From a virus (taxonomy: Duplodnaviria; Caudoviricetes), in the IMG/VR virus record IMGVR_UViG_3300016665_000666, positions 6,175 through 70,174 of that record: a stretch of DNA of 64,000 nt. The stretch is one strand, 5' to 3'. Positions 49,368 through 58,355 of this stretch are shown piece after piece. The notes under the pieces were generated by a model. It was not told where the DNA came from. It did no database searches and was given only the letters and a program-made list of their open reading frames with translations. A program made the translations under genes and the position numbers. The stretch's first letter is position 1, and every line of letters starts with the position of its first letter.

Positions 49368-49979
49368 TTAGCCCCAACTCACTCCGAGATTAATTCCATA
49401 AAACAAAGCATAATCGTTCAATGAACCGCTTGTTTTTTTTGCTCGGACTTCATAAATTTTTGAACTAGAAGGTACAGGTGTTATAGATAGGCTTTTATAT
49501 GTTCCGGTTACTTCAGTCCAATTTAAACTTCCAACACTTGTGCCATCTGTAACATTAAATAATGTCAAAGTGCCCAAAACTCCAGATACTACTTGGCCAA
49601 TTGCTTCAAACTTCAACTGTGTGGTTCTGTTAGCCAAAGAATAACTTGTTGGTGTAAAAATGCCGCCAGCAATAATTGCATCAACAGTATTTGTTGTTGT
49701 TATTGAAGAGCCTATTATTGATAGTCCCACACTTCCATTTCCAATAGATTCACTGATGGATGCCAAAACATAAGAACGTGGAGTTGCTTGACTGGAAGAG
49801 GTTGGTGTTGAAACCAAAGTTGAGCCGCTCGAAAAATCCCATGTTTGTGTAAGATCTGCTTTTGCTGGAGTTATAGCTCCAGCAGAAAGATGATACGTTT
49901 GAATAGAACCACTGCCAATACTTGCATTATCCAGGGTGGAGTTTTTTGTTTGAGTATAAAATGCAAATTTTGCAGGCAT
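49368..49979 (-). CDS. Short tail fibre-like paralog of 46876..48225
   Basis: First ~80 aa are nearly identical (KFAFYT...SGSIQTYHLSAGAITPAKADLTQTWDF...PRSYVL.SISESIG); C-terminus differs. Confidence 0.7.
   Translation of the reverse strand: MPAKFAFYTQTKNSTLDNASIGSGSIQTYHLSAGAITPAKADLTQTWDFSSGSTLVSTPTSSSQATPRSYVLASISESIGNGSVGLSIIGSSITTTNTVDAIIAGGIFTPTSYSLANRTTQLKFEAIGQVVSGVLGTLTLFNVTDGTSVGSLNWTEVTGTYKSLSITPVPSSSKIYEVRAKKTSGSLNDYALFYGINLGVSWG
49833..49895. repeat. 63-nt exact direct repeat, copy 2
   Basis: Identical to 48079-48141. Confidence 0.9.
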
Positions 49980-49990
49980 AACAGTTATTG

Positions 49991-51160
49991 TTAATTAGAT
50001 GTCAAGCTGTTAACAGTTGCTTGACATTTCCAAAAAACATTAGAAGTTGAAGAACCAGTTACATAAACAATCATATTTGAACCTGTAAGCATCAAAGACA
50101 TGTTCCAAGAACCTGTTGTTTGAAAATCTGGTGTGATTACGTTGATTGAATCTGCATAGGCAACGCTTCCTGTTGTCCTAACAAGTGTAAATTCACGAGA
50201 GAACTTCGCGTAGTTTACACTGTTGGTTTCTTTGGCAATCAAAGTAAAACTGATGTTTTGCAACTCATAGTTTGCAAGAGAGGTTTGCCACACGGCTCCA
50301 ATTGGGGAAGCGCTAAATGTGGTTAGTGTTCCAACTTTGATTGGTCCAAAATCCGTGGCATTCTCTACAACACCGGAAAAATAAGTCGTTCCGCCAAAAA
50401 CACTTTTTTGACTGCCAGAACCCGAGACATAGAAATAGACATCGGAGCCATGAGCACTTGCGTATAGGTTATCTGGTGCAATGGCTACTGAAGAAGTAGT
50501 TTTTAGATTGCTTCCGCTTGCAATCCATGTGGTTTCGGCAGAAGAACCTGTGATTCCAAGATAGCCACCAGAATATGTGTTGACAGTGATGTTGTTTCCG
50601 GCAAGAACTCTGTTGGTTAGAGTTACATCACCTGAAGCATCTGGTAGCTGCCAAACTCTGTTTCCAGTTAAAGAACTGCTGAGTGTACCAGAATAAGCCG
50701 AGCCTTCACTGATTGATATGTTGCCTTGGGAACGCAGATCAACAATGCCACCACCCACCGAGCTTACAACATTGAACCTTGCTCTCGCGCTTTCAACAAA
50801 AAAGTAAAACTCTGGTGTGTTCTGCCCATAGAATTGGACACCTTTTACAGTGGTAGAAATAACTTCATTGGCAGAGATTTGTTGTTCAGACTTTAAGTTA
50901 CCAGAAACAAAAACATCGCCGCCAAACAAAGTAATTCCATTGGTTGAGCCGTTAATGCCACCAATCACACCAGAAACAAAGAAGAACACATCGTTTCCGA
51001 TGGAACTAGTACCAAAAAGTGAGGCACTAAGGTTTCCTTGGTTGAGTGGAGTACCCTGTGATGAAATAGGATACAGAAGCAGTTTGGCACCTGTTCCAGT
51101 GCTGCCCGAGGCAATGATTTTGGAAGTGCGAAGTTGCGCTGCGCGATAGTCAAAGGTCAT
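49991..51160 (-). CDS. Putative tail fibre/virion protein
   Basis: Ser/Gly-rich; internal repeats VFFFVSG/VYFYVSG and TLFGGDV/SVFGGTT. Confidence 0.6.
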   Translation of the reverse strand: MTFDYRAAQLRTSKIIASGSTGTGAKLLLYPISSQGTPLNQGNLSASLFGTSSIGNDVFFFVSGVIGGINGSTNGITLFGGDVFVSGNLKSEQQISANEVISTTVKGVQFYGQNTPEFYFFVESARARFNVVSSVGGGIVDLRSQGNISISEGSAYSGTLSSSLTGNRVWQLPDASGDVTLTNRVLAGNNITVNTYSGGYLGITGSSAETTWIASGSNLKTTSSVAIAPDNLYASAHGSDVYFYVSGSGSQKSVFGGTTYFSGVVENATDFGPIKVGTLTTFSASPIGAVWQTSLANYELQNISFTLIAKETNSVNYAKFSREFTLVRTTGSVAYADSINVITPDFQTTGSWNMSLMLTGSNMIVYVTGSSTSNVFWKCQATVNSLTSN

Positions 51161-51209
51161 GCCAATAAGTATGACCTTTAAACTTTATAGAATGGAAGGT
51201 TCGGTTTTA

Positions 51210-52541
51210 CTACAGGATAGAAGCTGCGTAAGTAGCAAGAGCACTACGCTCACCTTTTGTCAAGGTGATATGCCCAGAAAGCTCTGAGCTTTTGAACTTT
51301 TCAATTGCAATGGTCAAGCCGTTTGATACAGAGTCAACATACATGTTGTCAATCTGCTCAATATCGCCTGTTAGCACAATCTTAGTTCCTTCACCAACGC
51401 GAGTGATGATTGTTTTAAGTTCATGAGCATTAAGGTTTTGAGCCTCATCAATGATCATGAAGGCATTGGCAATAGAACGACCACGAATGAATGTCATAGC
51501 TTCTACTTCGATTGTCCCATTCTCAAACAACATCTGCATGGTTTCCTCGCCCCGTTTGCTTCTTTTGCCATCGGCAGAGAGAAGATAACGAAGGTTGTCT
51601 TTGATAGGAGCAACCCATGGCTCCATCTTCTCTTCCATTGTGCCTGGAAGGAATCCAATGTCTTTTCCAAGGGGTTGGATAGGACGGCAGACAATAAGGC
51701 TTTTGTACTTCTTTGTATCAATCACTTGGTGAAGCCCAGAAGCAATTGCAAGAAGAGTCTTACCAGTTCCAGCAGAGCCCACAACAGTTACGAGAGGGAT
51801 CTCAGGATTCAACAAAAGATCAAGAGCGAACTTCTGCTCTTTGTTGCGTCCTTCAATCTTGCAAGGGCTATAGTTGTTAATTGCTTTTACTTTGTTGTTT
51901 CCAACATGTCTTGCAATTGCAGAACCATCGGTAGTTTCATTTTTCAATATCACAAACTCATTTGGATGAAGCCCATGATCACCTTCAAGTTCAAGGCTGT
52001 TTGCTACATAGAACTCACTCAGGTTGTAATCGCCAGTTAAGGTTGTAACTCCTGTGTAAAGACCAGAAACAGATTTTGCCACATGTAGTTTGCGATAGTC
52101 ATCACATGGAATTCCCAAAGCATTTGCCTTGAGCCTCAAAAGAACATCTCTTGTTACAAGAACCATGTTCTCATCTGTGAATTTTCTTTGCATGGCAATA
52201 CAAACAGCAAGAATCTGATTGTCGCCTGATTTCCCTTCAAGCTCTCCTGGCAAAAGATCTCTAATATCCGTGGCTGCGATGTTCCACGAAACGATCTTTA
52301 GCTCTCCCAGTTTTTCTCCGAGTGGAATAGGGTTGTCAAAAACTTTATGCTCTTTGGTAATGACTGAGAGCTTGCGTGATGTTTCACGAGCATTTCTGCC
52401 GACCTCATCTTGACGGTCTTTATGCCTGTCAAGTTCTTCCAATACAATGATTGGAATCACGATGTTGTGCTCTTTAAAAGAGAACAATGCGTTTGGGTCG
52501 GAGAGCAAAACATTAGTATCGAGAACGAACGTTTTTTTCAT
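51210..52541 (-). CDS. phoH: PIN-PhoH ATPase (PhoH2/YlaK-type)
   Basis: PIN FVLDTNVLL; Walker A GSAGTGKT; IGFLPG, IRGRS, IIDEAQN, LTGDIEQID. Confidence 0.92.
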   Translation of the reverse strand: MKKTFVLDTNVLLSDPNALFSFKEHNIVIPIIVLEELDRHKDRQDEVGRNARETSRKLSVITKEHKVFDNPIPLGEKLGELKIVSWNIAATDIRDLLPGELEGKSGDNQILAVCIAMQRKFTDENMVLVTRDVLLRLKANALGIPCDDYRKLHVAKSVSGLYTGVTTLTGDYNLSEFYVANSLELEGDHGLHPNEFVILKNETTDGSAIARHVGNNKVKAINNYSPCKIEGRNKEQKFALDLLLNPEIPLVTVVGSAGTGKTLLAIASGLHQVIDTKKYKSLIVCRPIQPLGKDIGFLPGTMEEKMEPWVAPIKDNLRYLLSADGKRSKRGEETMQMLFENGTIEVEAMTFIRGRSIANAFMIIDEAQNLNAHELKTIITRVGEGTKIVLTGDIEQIDNMYVDSVSNGLTIAIEKFKSSELSGHITLTKGERSALATYAASIL

Positions 52542-52621
52542 TGTGTTCCTGTCTTGTTAAACAATATCAAGCGGCAAAATATAGTTGAATACCTTTCCTG
52601 TCGAAAAGACAAGAAACGATT

Positions 52622-52912
52622 TCATTCTTTGGTTTTTCTGCCCTGTCTTTTTTGCTTTAATTCCGACTGAATTGGTTCAATTGGTTGCTGGGTTGCCTCA
52701 GCAACTTCTATTTCTGTTTCAATCGTTACTTGGTTTTGAACCGGCGTTGATTCAACAACAACCTCTGGCTCTGAAACGAGAACTGCTGGTGTTTCTATGG
52801 TTTTAGCCTTAGAAGCAACCAGCAGCCCATCTGTACCTAACTGACTATGTGGGAAAAAAGGATCTAGATTCTTAGACAGAATCTCCGAGGCAGCTACTAC
52901 ATGCAACTTCAT
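52622..52912 (-). CDS. Hypothetical low-complexity protein
   Basis: ATG 5 nt after TACTTA; Glu/Pro-rich middle, basic tail. Confidence 0.55.
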   Translation of the reverse strand: MKLHVVAASEILSKNLDPFFPHSQLGTDGLLVASKAKTIETPAVLVSEPEVVVESTPVQNQVTIETEIEVAEATQQPIEPIQSELKQKRQGRKTKE

Positions 52913-52938
52913 ACTTTTAAGTATGAAGCCAGAACATA

Positions 52939-53190
52939 TTAGCCAACCACAGCTTTCTTCTCTGCGTTTTTGGCTTTGCGTTGTGCAACAACAGCTTTGT
53001 CGGCCTGAAGTGTTTGCTGAAGCAACACAGCGGCTTGTTTGCGAAGCTGACGCAAACTCCTACGAACACGAACGCCAGCAGAAACATTGTTCTTCTGAAC
53101 GTTCTTGTCAAGGTCTTTCTGCAAGTCAGAAACTTCCTGACAAAACTCCGCCCACAACGACAAAACTTTTGAATCGGAACACTCACTCAT
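52939..53190 (-). CDS. Histone H1-like (Hc1-type) DNA-binding protein
   Basis: DLDKNVQKNNVSAGVRVRRSLRQLRKQA resembles the Hc1 K..KGNKAA..RVR motif; GGGAG SD upstream of 53190. Confidence 0.6.
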   Translation of the reverse strand: MSECSDSKVLSLWAEFCQEVSDLQKDLDKNVQKNNVSAGVRVRRSLRQLRKQAAVLLQQTLQADKAVVAQRKAKNAEKKAVVG

Positions 53191-53273
53191 ATTGCATATA
53201 CTCCCAGGCATGAAATTGGCCTTAAAACTATATTAGTTTAGCCTGACGAGTTTGTATCGGCATTTTCAGACAA

Positions 53274-53786
53274 TTATCTGGAAAAAAGAGCTTCCCAAGC
53301 TGCTTTGCCCATTGCTGCTAGAGCGCCACCAGCCAAAAGCCATGTTATTTTGGCTAGAAAGTCAAAACTGTTGGTTTTGACTTTGATCACTGATTCGAGT
53401 TTCTCAAGATCCTCACCCGCGATCTTTTTGAGTCTCTCAGTTGTATCTGCTTTTTCTTCTAGTTCAGCGTCTTTGTCAGCAAGTTTTTTTAATGACGCAT
53501 TAAGATCGTTTAATGTTTTCTCATCAGCAGTGAAATTGTTGGAAGAATCTTCCATTGTTTTCACACGAGCATACAAACCATCATCTGGTTCATATAGACC
53601 ATCATAGATTTTATCTATTTTCTTTGTTGTTTCATCCTGCTTCTCTTGGATGTGCTCAACAATCACCATCATTTTATCAAACCCTCCATTGAGTGCAGGC
53701 GCCCCGTTAATTTTTTTGGCAATATCTTCTATTACCATTTGCAATCTTCTATTAACCATGGGTTGACTAGATTTAGTGTCAGACAT
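53274..53786 (-). CDS. Coiled-coil protein with C-terminal TM helix
   Basis: Coiled-coil body; hydrophobic C-terminus TWLLAGGALAAMG. Confidence 0.7.
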   Translation of the reverse strand: MSDTKSSQPMVNRRLQMVIEDIAKKINGAPALNGGFDKMMVIVEHIQEKQDETTKKIDKIYDGLYEPDDGLYARVKTMEDSSNNFTADEKTLNDLNASLKKLADKDAELEEKADTTERLKKIAGEDLEKLESVIKVKTNSFDFLAKITWLLAGGALAAMGKAAWEALFSR

Positions 53787-53853
53787 AGGAACCTCTAAAG
53801 TAAAAACTTACAGTAGTAGATAATATTCAACGAATAGGAATTATAGCAAAAAA

Positions 53854-55245
53854 ATGACAACCACTTCATTTCGAGAAAAAGAGACGTTTCTCAGAGAGTT
53901 ACAGCAAAATAACAGCAAAATGAAAGAGATGCTGGGGCGGATCAAAACTGCTTTAAACGAGCAAGGTTATCCTTTGAAAAAAGAAAGTTATCACTTTCTT
54001 ACAAGGATATTAGAGCCGCAAACAAGAGTGGAAAGAACTCTTTACATGCTTTTGTTTCATGCAGCCTATCAAAGCGAACTGATGTCTTCGGGCAGTTCAT
54101 ATTTGGCCATTCGTTTTGCAAATGAGTTGATTGAACAATTGATGAAATCGCCGGATGTTTTAGAGAAAAATGAAGTGGAGTTGATGGCATCTTTTGATGA
54201 AATCATGGAGTCATACAAAGCAAGCATCGCGAAAAATCACATTCCGATCTCTCAAAAAACCTTAAAAGAGGAGATTGAGAGAATCTGTGAGGACAAAGTT
54301 CTTTCAGAGGCTTTGTGGGAAGCTGTTTCTGTTGCTGGTTTGGAGGGCAAGATCCATATTGAAGATGGAAATCTTTCGAACTATGTTGCAGAACAGAAGT
54401 CTGGTTACTTCTTTGACATTGTAAAGCCATTTAAGTTTATGTTTCCACCTAGTGGTATCTGGGAGGCTTTAAACGTAAAAGTGATGTTGGTTGACGGCAT
54501 CATTGAACGTGTAAGTGAGATTGATAAGATCTTAAACGGTGCATTGGAAACAAAAATCCCTGTTCTTTTAATTGCACAAGGTTTCTCGGAAGAGGTTGTA
54601 TCAACCATCAAAGTGAATGTCGATTATGGCAACTTCAACATCATGCCTTTGAGGATTCAACCAGATCTGGATTCTTTGAATGTTATCAATGACATTGCAG
54701 TTGTGGCAGGGGGCGATATCATCTCTACGTTGAAAGGGCAGATGGTGTGTTTTGCCGATTTTGATTCTTTGCCGATTGTAGAACAGGTGCGATTGAACTC
54801 GAAAGAGCTATGCATAGAAAATGCCAAAACAAGAGGAGCCGTGTCTCAGCAGTTGCGAATGTTGCTTGAAAAAAGACAAGCGAACCAAGAAGTTGTGGAC
54901 ATCTCAGATCTTCTTGATAAAAGAATCCAAGGATTGATCGCAGCCTCCGTTGTTTTTCGTTTGCCAAACATGGCACCCTCACTCCGAGACAACACAAAGG
55001 TTAAAATAGACATAACTCTTCGAACTGTAAAAACCTTGCTTGGTTATGGCAAGGTGAACTTTTCATCCTTGAAAAGCACGGCAAATGACAATGAACTAAC
55101 AAAGTGCTTCAACAAAGCACTTGCAGCCGTTCAGCAAGAAATAAAAGAGTTTCCTGCGCTAAGTGCATACTCAGGCATTCATCATGTAGGAAAAACAATC
55201 CTAAGCATGATGACAACAAGTGGCCTTGTCGAGATTGACGTTTGA
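53854..55245 (+). CDS. Divergent GroEL/Cpn60-like chaperonin
   Basis: EAVSVAGLEGKIHIE, VMLVDGII..VSEI, PVLLIAQGFSEEVV and NDIAVVAGG align with the GroEL intermediate/apical domains. Confidence 0.8.
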   Translation: MTTTSFREKETFLRELQQNNSKMKEMLGRIKTALNEQGYPLKKESYHFLTRILEPQTRVERTLYMLLFHAAYQSELMSSGSSYLAIRFANELIEQLMKSPDVLEKNEVELMASFDEIMESYKASIAKNHIPISQKTLKEEIERICEDKVLSEALWEAVSVAGLEGKIHIEDGNLSNYVAEQKSGYFFDIVKPFKFMFPPSGIWEALNVKVMLVDGIIERVSEIDKILNGALETKIPVLLIAQGFSEEVVSTIKVNVDYGNFNIMPLRIQPDLDSLNVINDIAVVAGGDIISTLKGQMVCFADFDSLPIVEQVRLNSKELCIENAKTRGAVSQQLRMLLEKRQANQEVVDISDLLDKRIQGLIAASVVFRLPNMAPSLRDNTKVKIDITLRTVKTLLGYGKVNFSSLKSTANDNELTKCFNKALAAVQQEIKEFPALSAYSGIHHVGKTILSMMTTSGLVEIDV

Positions 55246-55248
55246 TCC

Positions 55249-56037
55249 TCAGCCTTTAACAGCTTTCAAAATCGAATCAATAAGTTCATTGGGGATACGG
55301 TCGCCCATGTGAGGCGCCAAAGCCTTTGCAATGGCAGCTTTGGGATCGGATGAGGGTTGGGCTGGTGCAGCCGTTTGCTGGCTCTGCGCGGCAACCTGAG
55401 CGGCTGCTTGATCAACTTGTGCTTGAGTTACAACGGGTGGAGTCTGTTTGACTTTTGCCAGTGTTGCCAATTCATTGAATGTCAGATTGGCCAACTCATT
55501 TGCGAAGCTCTCATTGTTCACATATGGAATGTCAGAGCCAGCAAAAAGCTTCTTGAAAAAACCACCTTCTCGATTTGCCCAATTAATCTTCAAAGCCTGA
55601 AGAAACACAGGTGAAGCTTTAGGGCCAATTGGTTGATCCGGGGTTGATCTGGCATTGGCAAGAATTCTAGATTTTAGAATGACAGGCAAGTCTTGTTGAA
55701 GAAAAGAAGAGAGATTCCGATAGAAAGACATTGCTTTCACAAGCATCTTGCCAGTTTTAGCTGGGTTGTTGCCCGCCTTTCCTGAAACAAGGCTCATCAG
55801 TTCTTCTTCTGCTTTGTCAAGTCCTTGTTTCAAACTTGGCAACTTATCCAAAACAGCCTGCAAGGCTTCTTCAACGGAGTTCATCGCATCCACAATTCTT
55901 GAGATTGTGGATGTGTCAAGTTTTTCAACAATCAAAACATGTTCTTCCAAAAGTTCTTTAACTTCATGCAAGCCATTTTCCAATTCGGATGTTTTTCGAA
56001 TGTTGTAAGCTTCTCGAAGAGATAGGTTGTTGGTCAT
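55249..56037 (-). CDS. Hypothetical helical protein, possible head core protein
   Basis: LREA / LLEE leader; Ala/Gln/Pro-rich linker near the C-terminus. Confidence 0.65.
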   Translation of the reverse strand: MTNNLSLREAYNIRKTSELENGLHEVKELLEEHVLIVEKLDTSTISRIVDAMNSVEEALQAVLDKLPSLKQGLDKAEEELMSLVSGKAGNNPAKTGKMLVKAMSFYRNLSSFLQQDLPVILKSRILANARSTPDQPIGPKASPVFLQALKINWANREGGFFKKLFAGSDIPYVNNESFANELANLTFNELATLAKVKQTPPVVTQAQVDQAAAQVAAQSQQTAAPAQPSSDPKAAIAKALAPHMGDRIPNELIDSILKAVKG

Positions 56038-56100
56038 TATGGTTTATTCCTTGCACAATCTGTGTTATGCTGGTAAATAGGTAGAAAGTGGAGTATTAAG

Positions 56101-56808
56101 ATGTCTGGTCGCTTAGAAATCAAAACTAGACCGCCTTTAACCCCGGAAGAGGTTGAGGAGCTTCGGAAAAAGCGAGAAAGTTACGATAACTCTTTGAAAC
56201 AAGAAAGTAATCGCAAGTTTCTTGGGAACTTGAGAACCAAAAAAGGCCCCAGAGATCCGAAAGATCGTTTTCACCTTCCAGTTCTTCATGTAAACGATCC
56301 AACACAGTGGCCTAGTCAACCTCTGGAAAACCGTATGCGATTTACTGACGAGGTTGCAAAGAACACTTGTCTTGGTAACTGCTGTGGAATAGAAGGACTT
56401 AACGCAGGATGCTGTTTAATAGACCCAGATGACATGGAACACGTCTTGGGGCCAGTTGATGAAGAGTGGATCAAAAAAATTGTTCGTTGGCTGAATGTCA
56501 AAGGTATTGCTGCCACCCGATCAGACGTGGTGATCGATTTTGAAGAAGGTAAAGTCATCGGAGAAAAGTTCTTCAATGGCGAGAGAAAAAATGTTTTCTT
56601 CTCAAAAGAAACTTATCCGATCTTGAGATTCCAAATTGACGGACCACGATTTGCGTGTAAGTTCTTGACACCTATTACGGGAAAGTGTAGTATATACAAT
56701 ATGAGGCCGAACATGTGTCGCGGTTATCTCTGCCAGTATGTCAAAGCCAACTTCTTGGTGAAAACAGACCCGGTTAATCACCCACACACATATGTCAAAA
56801 TCAGGTAG
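56101..56808 (+). CDS. YkgJ-like cysteine-cluster protein
   Basis: C..NCC...GCC and CKFL....GKCSIYNMRPNMCRGYLC. Confidence 0.8.
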   Translation: MSGRLEIKTRPPLTPEEVEELRKKRESYDNSLKQESNRKFLGNLRTKKGPRDPKDRFHLPVLHVNDPTQWPSQPLENRMRFTDEVAKNTCLGNCCGIEGLNAGCCLIDPDDMEHVLGPVDEEWIKKIVRWLNVKGIAATRSDVVIDFEEGKVIGEKFFNGERKNVFFSKETYPILRFQIDGPRFACKFLTPITGKCSIYNMRPNMCRGYLCQYVKANFLVKTDPVNHPHTYVKIR

Positions 56809-56841
56809 TATAACATAAAAAGTAAGCAAGGAAAAATCAAC

Positions 56842-57369
56842 ATGGAAACTATTCAGCAGCCTACAAAGCAGATGCCTTGGAAAAACTCTGACGGTACTAG
56901 ATTCTCAGAACAACATGTGCTGGATTGGGTTTCTGCCACAAAGAATGACCCTGAGAATGAATATCAGGTGATTGTGGGCACAGACTCTCACATGGCTGGT
57001 CGCTCTTTCCGCTTCATCACAGTGGTGTGCGTTTACAGAGTCGGCAAGGGTGGTAACTATTACTATCTTGAAAACTATGAGCCTAGAGAGAACTACCTTG
57101 GCAACAACCGAGGCAAGAAAGTGAAAGGAAACCAGAAGATGAGAATGTTCACCGAGGTCGAACGTTCCATCGCCATGGCTGATAAACTCCTTGAGTTTTG
57201 TAGCGTGATTCCAGTAATCCACATTGACGCATCCCCAGCAGATCGTCATGAGTTTACATCTGAGTTCTCTGATCAGCTACAGGGCTATGCAACAGCTTGC
57301 GGTTATGAGTGTGTGCTAAAGCCATATTCATTTGTCGCCAATGCTGTAGCCGACAAACACACGAAATAA
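56842..57369 (+). CDS. RNase H-like YkuK/DUF458 family protein
   Basis: VIVGTDS, RMFTEVERS, IHID, LKPYSFVANAVADKH. Confidence 0.85.
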   Translation: METIQQPTKQMPWKNSDGTRFSEQHVLDWVSATKNDPENEYQVIVGTDSHMAGRSFRFITVVCVYRVGKGGNYYYLENYEPRENYLGNNRGKKVKGNQKMRMFTEVERSIAMADKLLEFCSVIPVIHIDASPADRHEFTSEFSDQLQGYATACGYECVLKPYSFVANAVADKHTK

Positions 57370-57380
57370 TCCTCATCCCC

Positions 57381-57419
57381 AATTCCATGTGTGAATACAA
57401 CTAATTCACACATGGAATT
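57381..57419. repeat. Perfect 16-bp inverted repeat with 7-nt loop
   Basis: AATTCCATGTGTGAAT-ACAACTA-ATTCACACATGGAATT. Confidence 0.9.
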
Positions 57420-57485
57420 CGATTTTTGCAATCCATTCCAGATAATTGTTATACAGAATCAGGATTCCAAACAGAGGAAATTCCT

Positions 57486-57779
57486 ATGACAGATCGTTTA
57501 CACCTTGAAACAGCAATCGAACGCGAAACCTATCGCCTTGTCGAGCAAATCAGAGAACACATGTATGATCACACCATGATCTATCTTCAACGCAATCAGG
57601 TTGATGTGGATCGTGAAGTGGCAGACCGAATTCTGCAAATTGCAAAGAATGCAGTAGATGACGGGCTCCTATCCAAGTTGGACTTCTATAAAGCCAACAT
57701 CGACAAAGCACTAACCGAGTTCACGGAAACAGAAAACCCTTTGGAACATGGCAAATCGTCGAGAAGGCAAAGAAGCTAG
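57486..57779 (+). CDS. Hypothetical protein
   Basis: AGAGGA SD before the ATG at 57486. Confidence 0.7.
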   Translation: MTDRLHLETAIERETYRLVEQIREHMYDHTMIYLQRNQVDVDREVADRILQIAKNAVDDGLLSKLDFYKANIDKALTEFTETENPLEHGKSSRRQRS

Positions 57780-57884
57780 AACAAAACGAGAAACGTAAAC
57801 GATTTGCCTATTCCGCACTCAAGTCTCTTGTGTCTGTTGGATTGATCGTTTTAACATCTATCTATTTTAGATAAAGCGAATAAT

Positions 57885-58355
57885 ATGGCAGCTAAAGAAT
57901 ATTCAAAACATTTGATTGAATGCAAGTGTGTGTTGCCACAGTTTAAAAATCACAACCCACCCAAATGGCATTGTTTCATAGTGTTTTCTGAGATTGACGA
58001 ATCTGGGGCTGTTATTCCTTCCTATGCTCAGTGCAACAACTGTGGAATTGTTCACAAGGTCATAGAGATAAGCACATCAACAATACTTGGAAAAGATTCT
58101 ATCTCAAGCCTACCACAGATTGATGAACTGAAGTCTTCAATCCCAGATAAACTTGCAAAGATATTGGAATCGTATAACTGCGAACTGCCTGTCTTTCAAG
58201 AAGTAATCTTCATCTTAGAGCATCAACTCTGGGGCCGTCCAGTTATCTTGACAAAAGAACTGCTTGATAACATGATGGTGGGCAAATATTTGGTAATAAT
58301 AGGCGAAAGCCTTTGGAAGATAAACAACTTCCAAGAGGAGATTGGTGATGTCTGA
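57885..58355 (+). CDS. Hypothetical zinc-binding protein
   Basis: HLIECKC...CNNCG.VH. Confidence 0.7.
   Translation: MAAKEYSKHLIECKCVLPQFKNHNPPKWHCFIVFSEIDESGAVIPSYAQCNNCGIVHKVIEISTSTILGKDSISSLPQIDELKSSIPDKLAKILESYNCELPVFQEVIFILEHQLWGRPVILTKELLDNMMVGKYLVIIGESLWKINNFQEEIGDV

Noticed and set aside
47987-49895. Diversity-generating retroelement TR/VR pair
   Set aside because: The repeats lie in the 5' parts of the genes and are identical or differ by non-A-specific changes, and no reverse transcriptase is present in the window.
52923-53213. Plus-strand 96-aa ORF starting inside the 52907-52928 palindrome
   Set aside because: It is antisense to the Hc1-like gene, and its ATG is a by-product of the inverted repeat.
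53274-53786. Holin
   Set aside because: Only a C-terminal TM helix, and no endolysin or spanin nearby to support the call.
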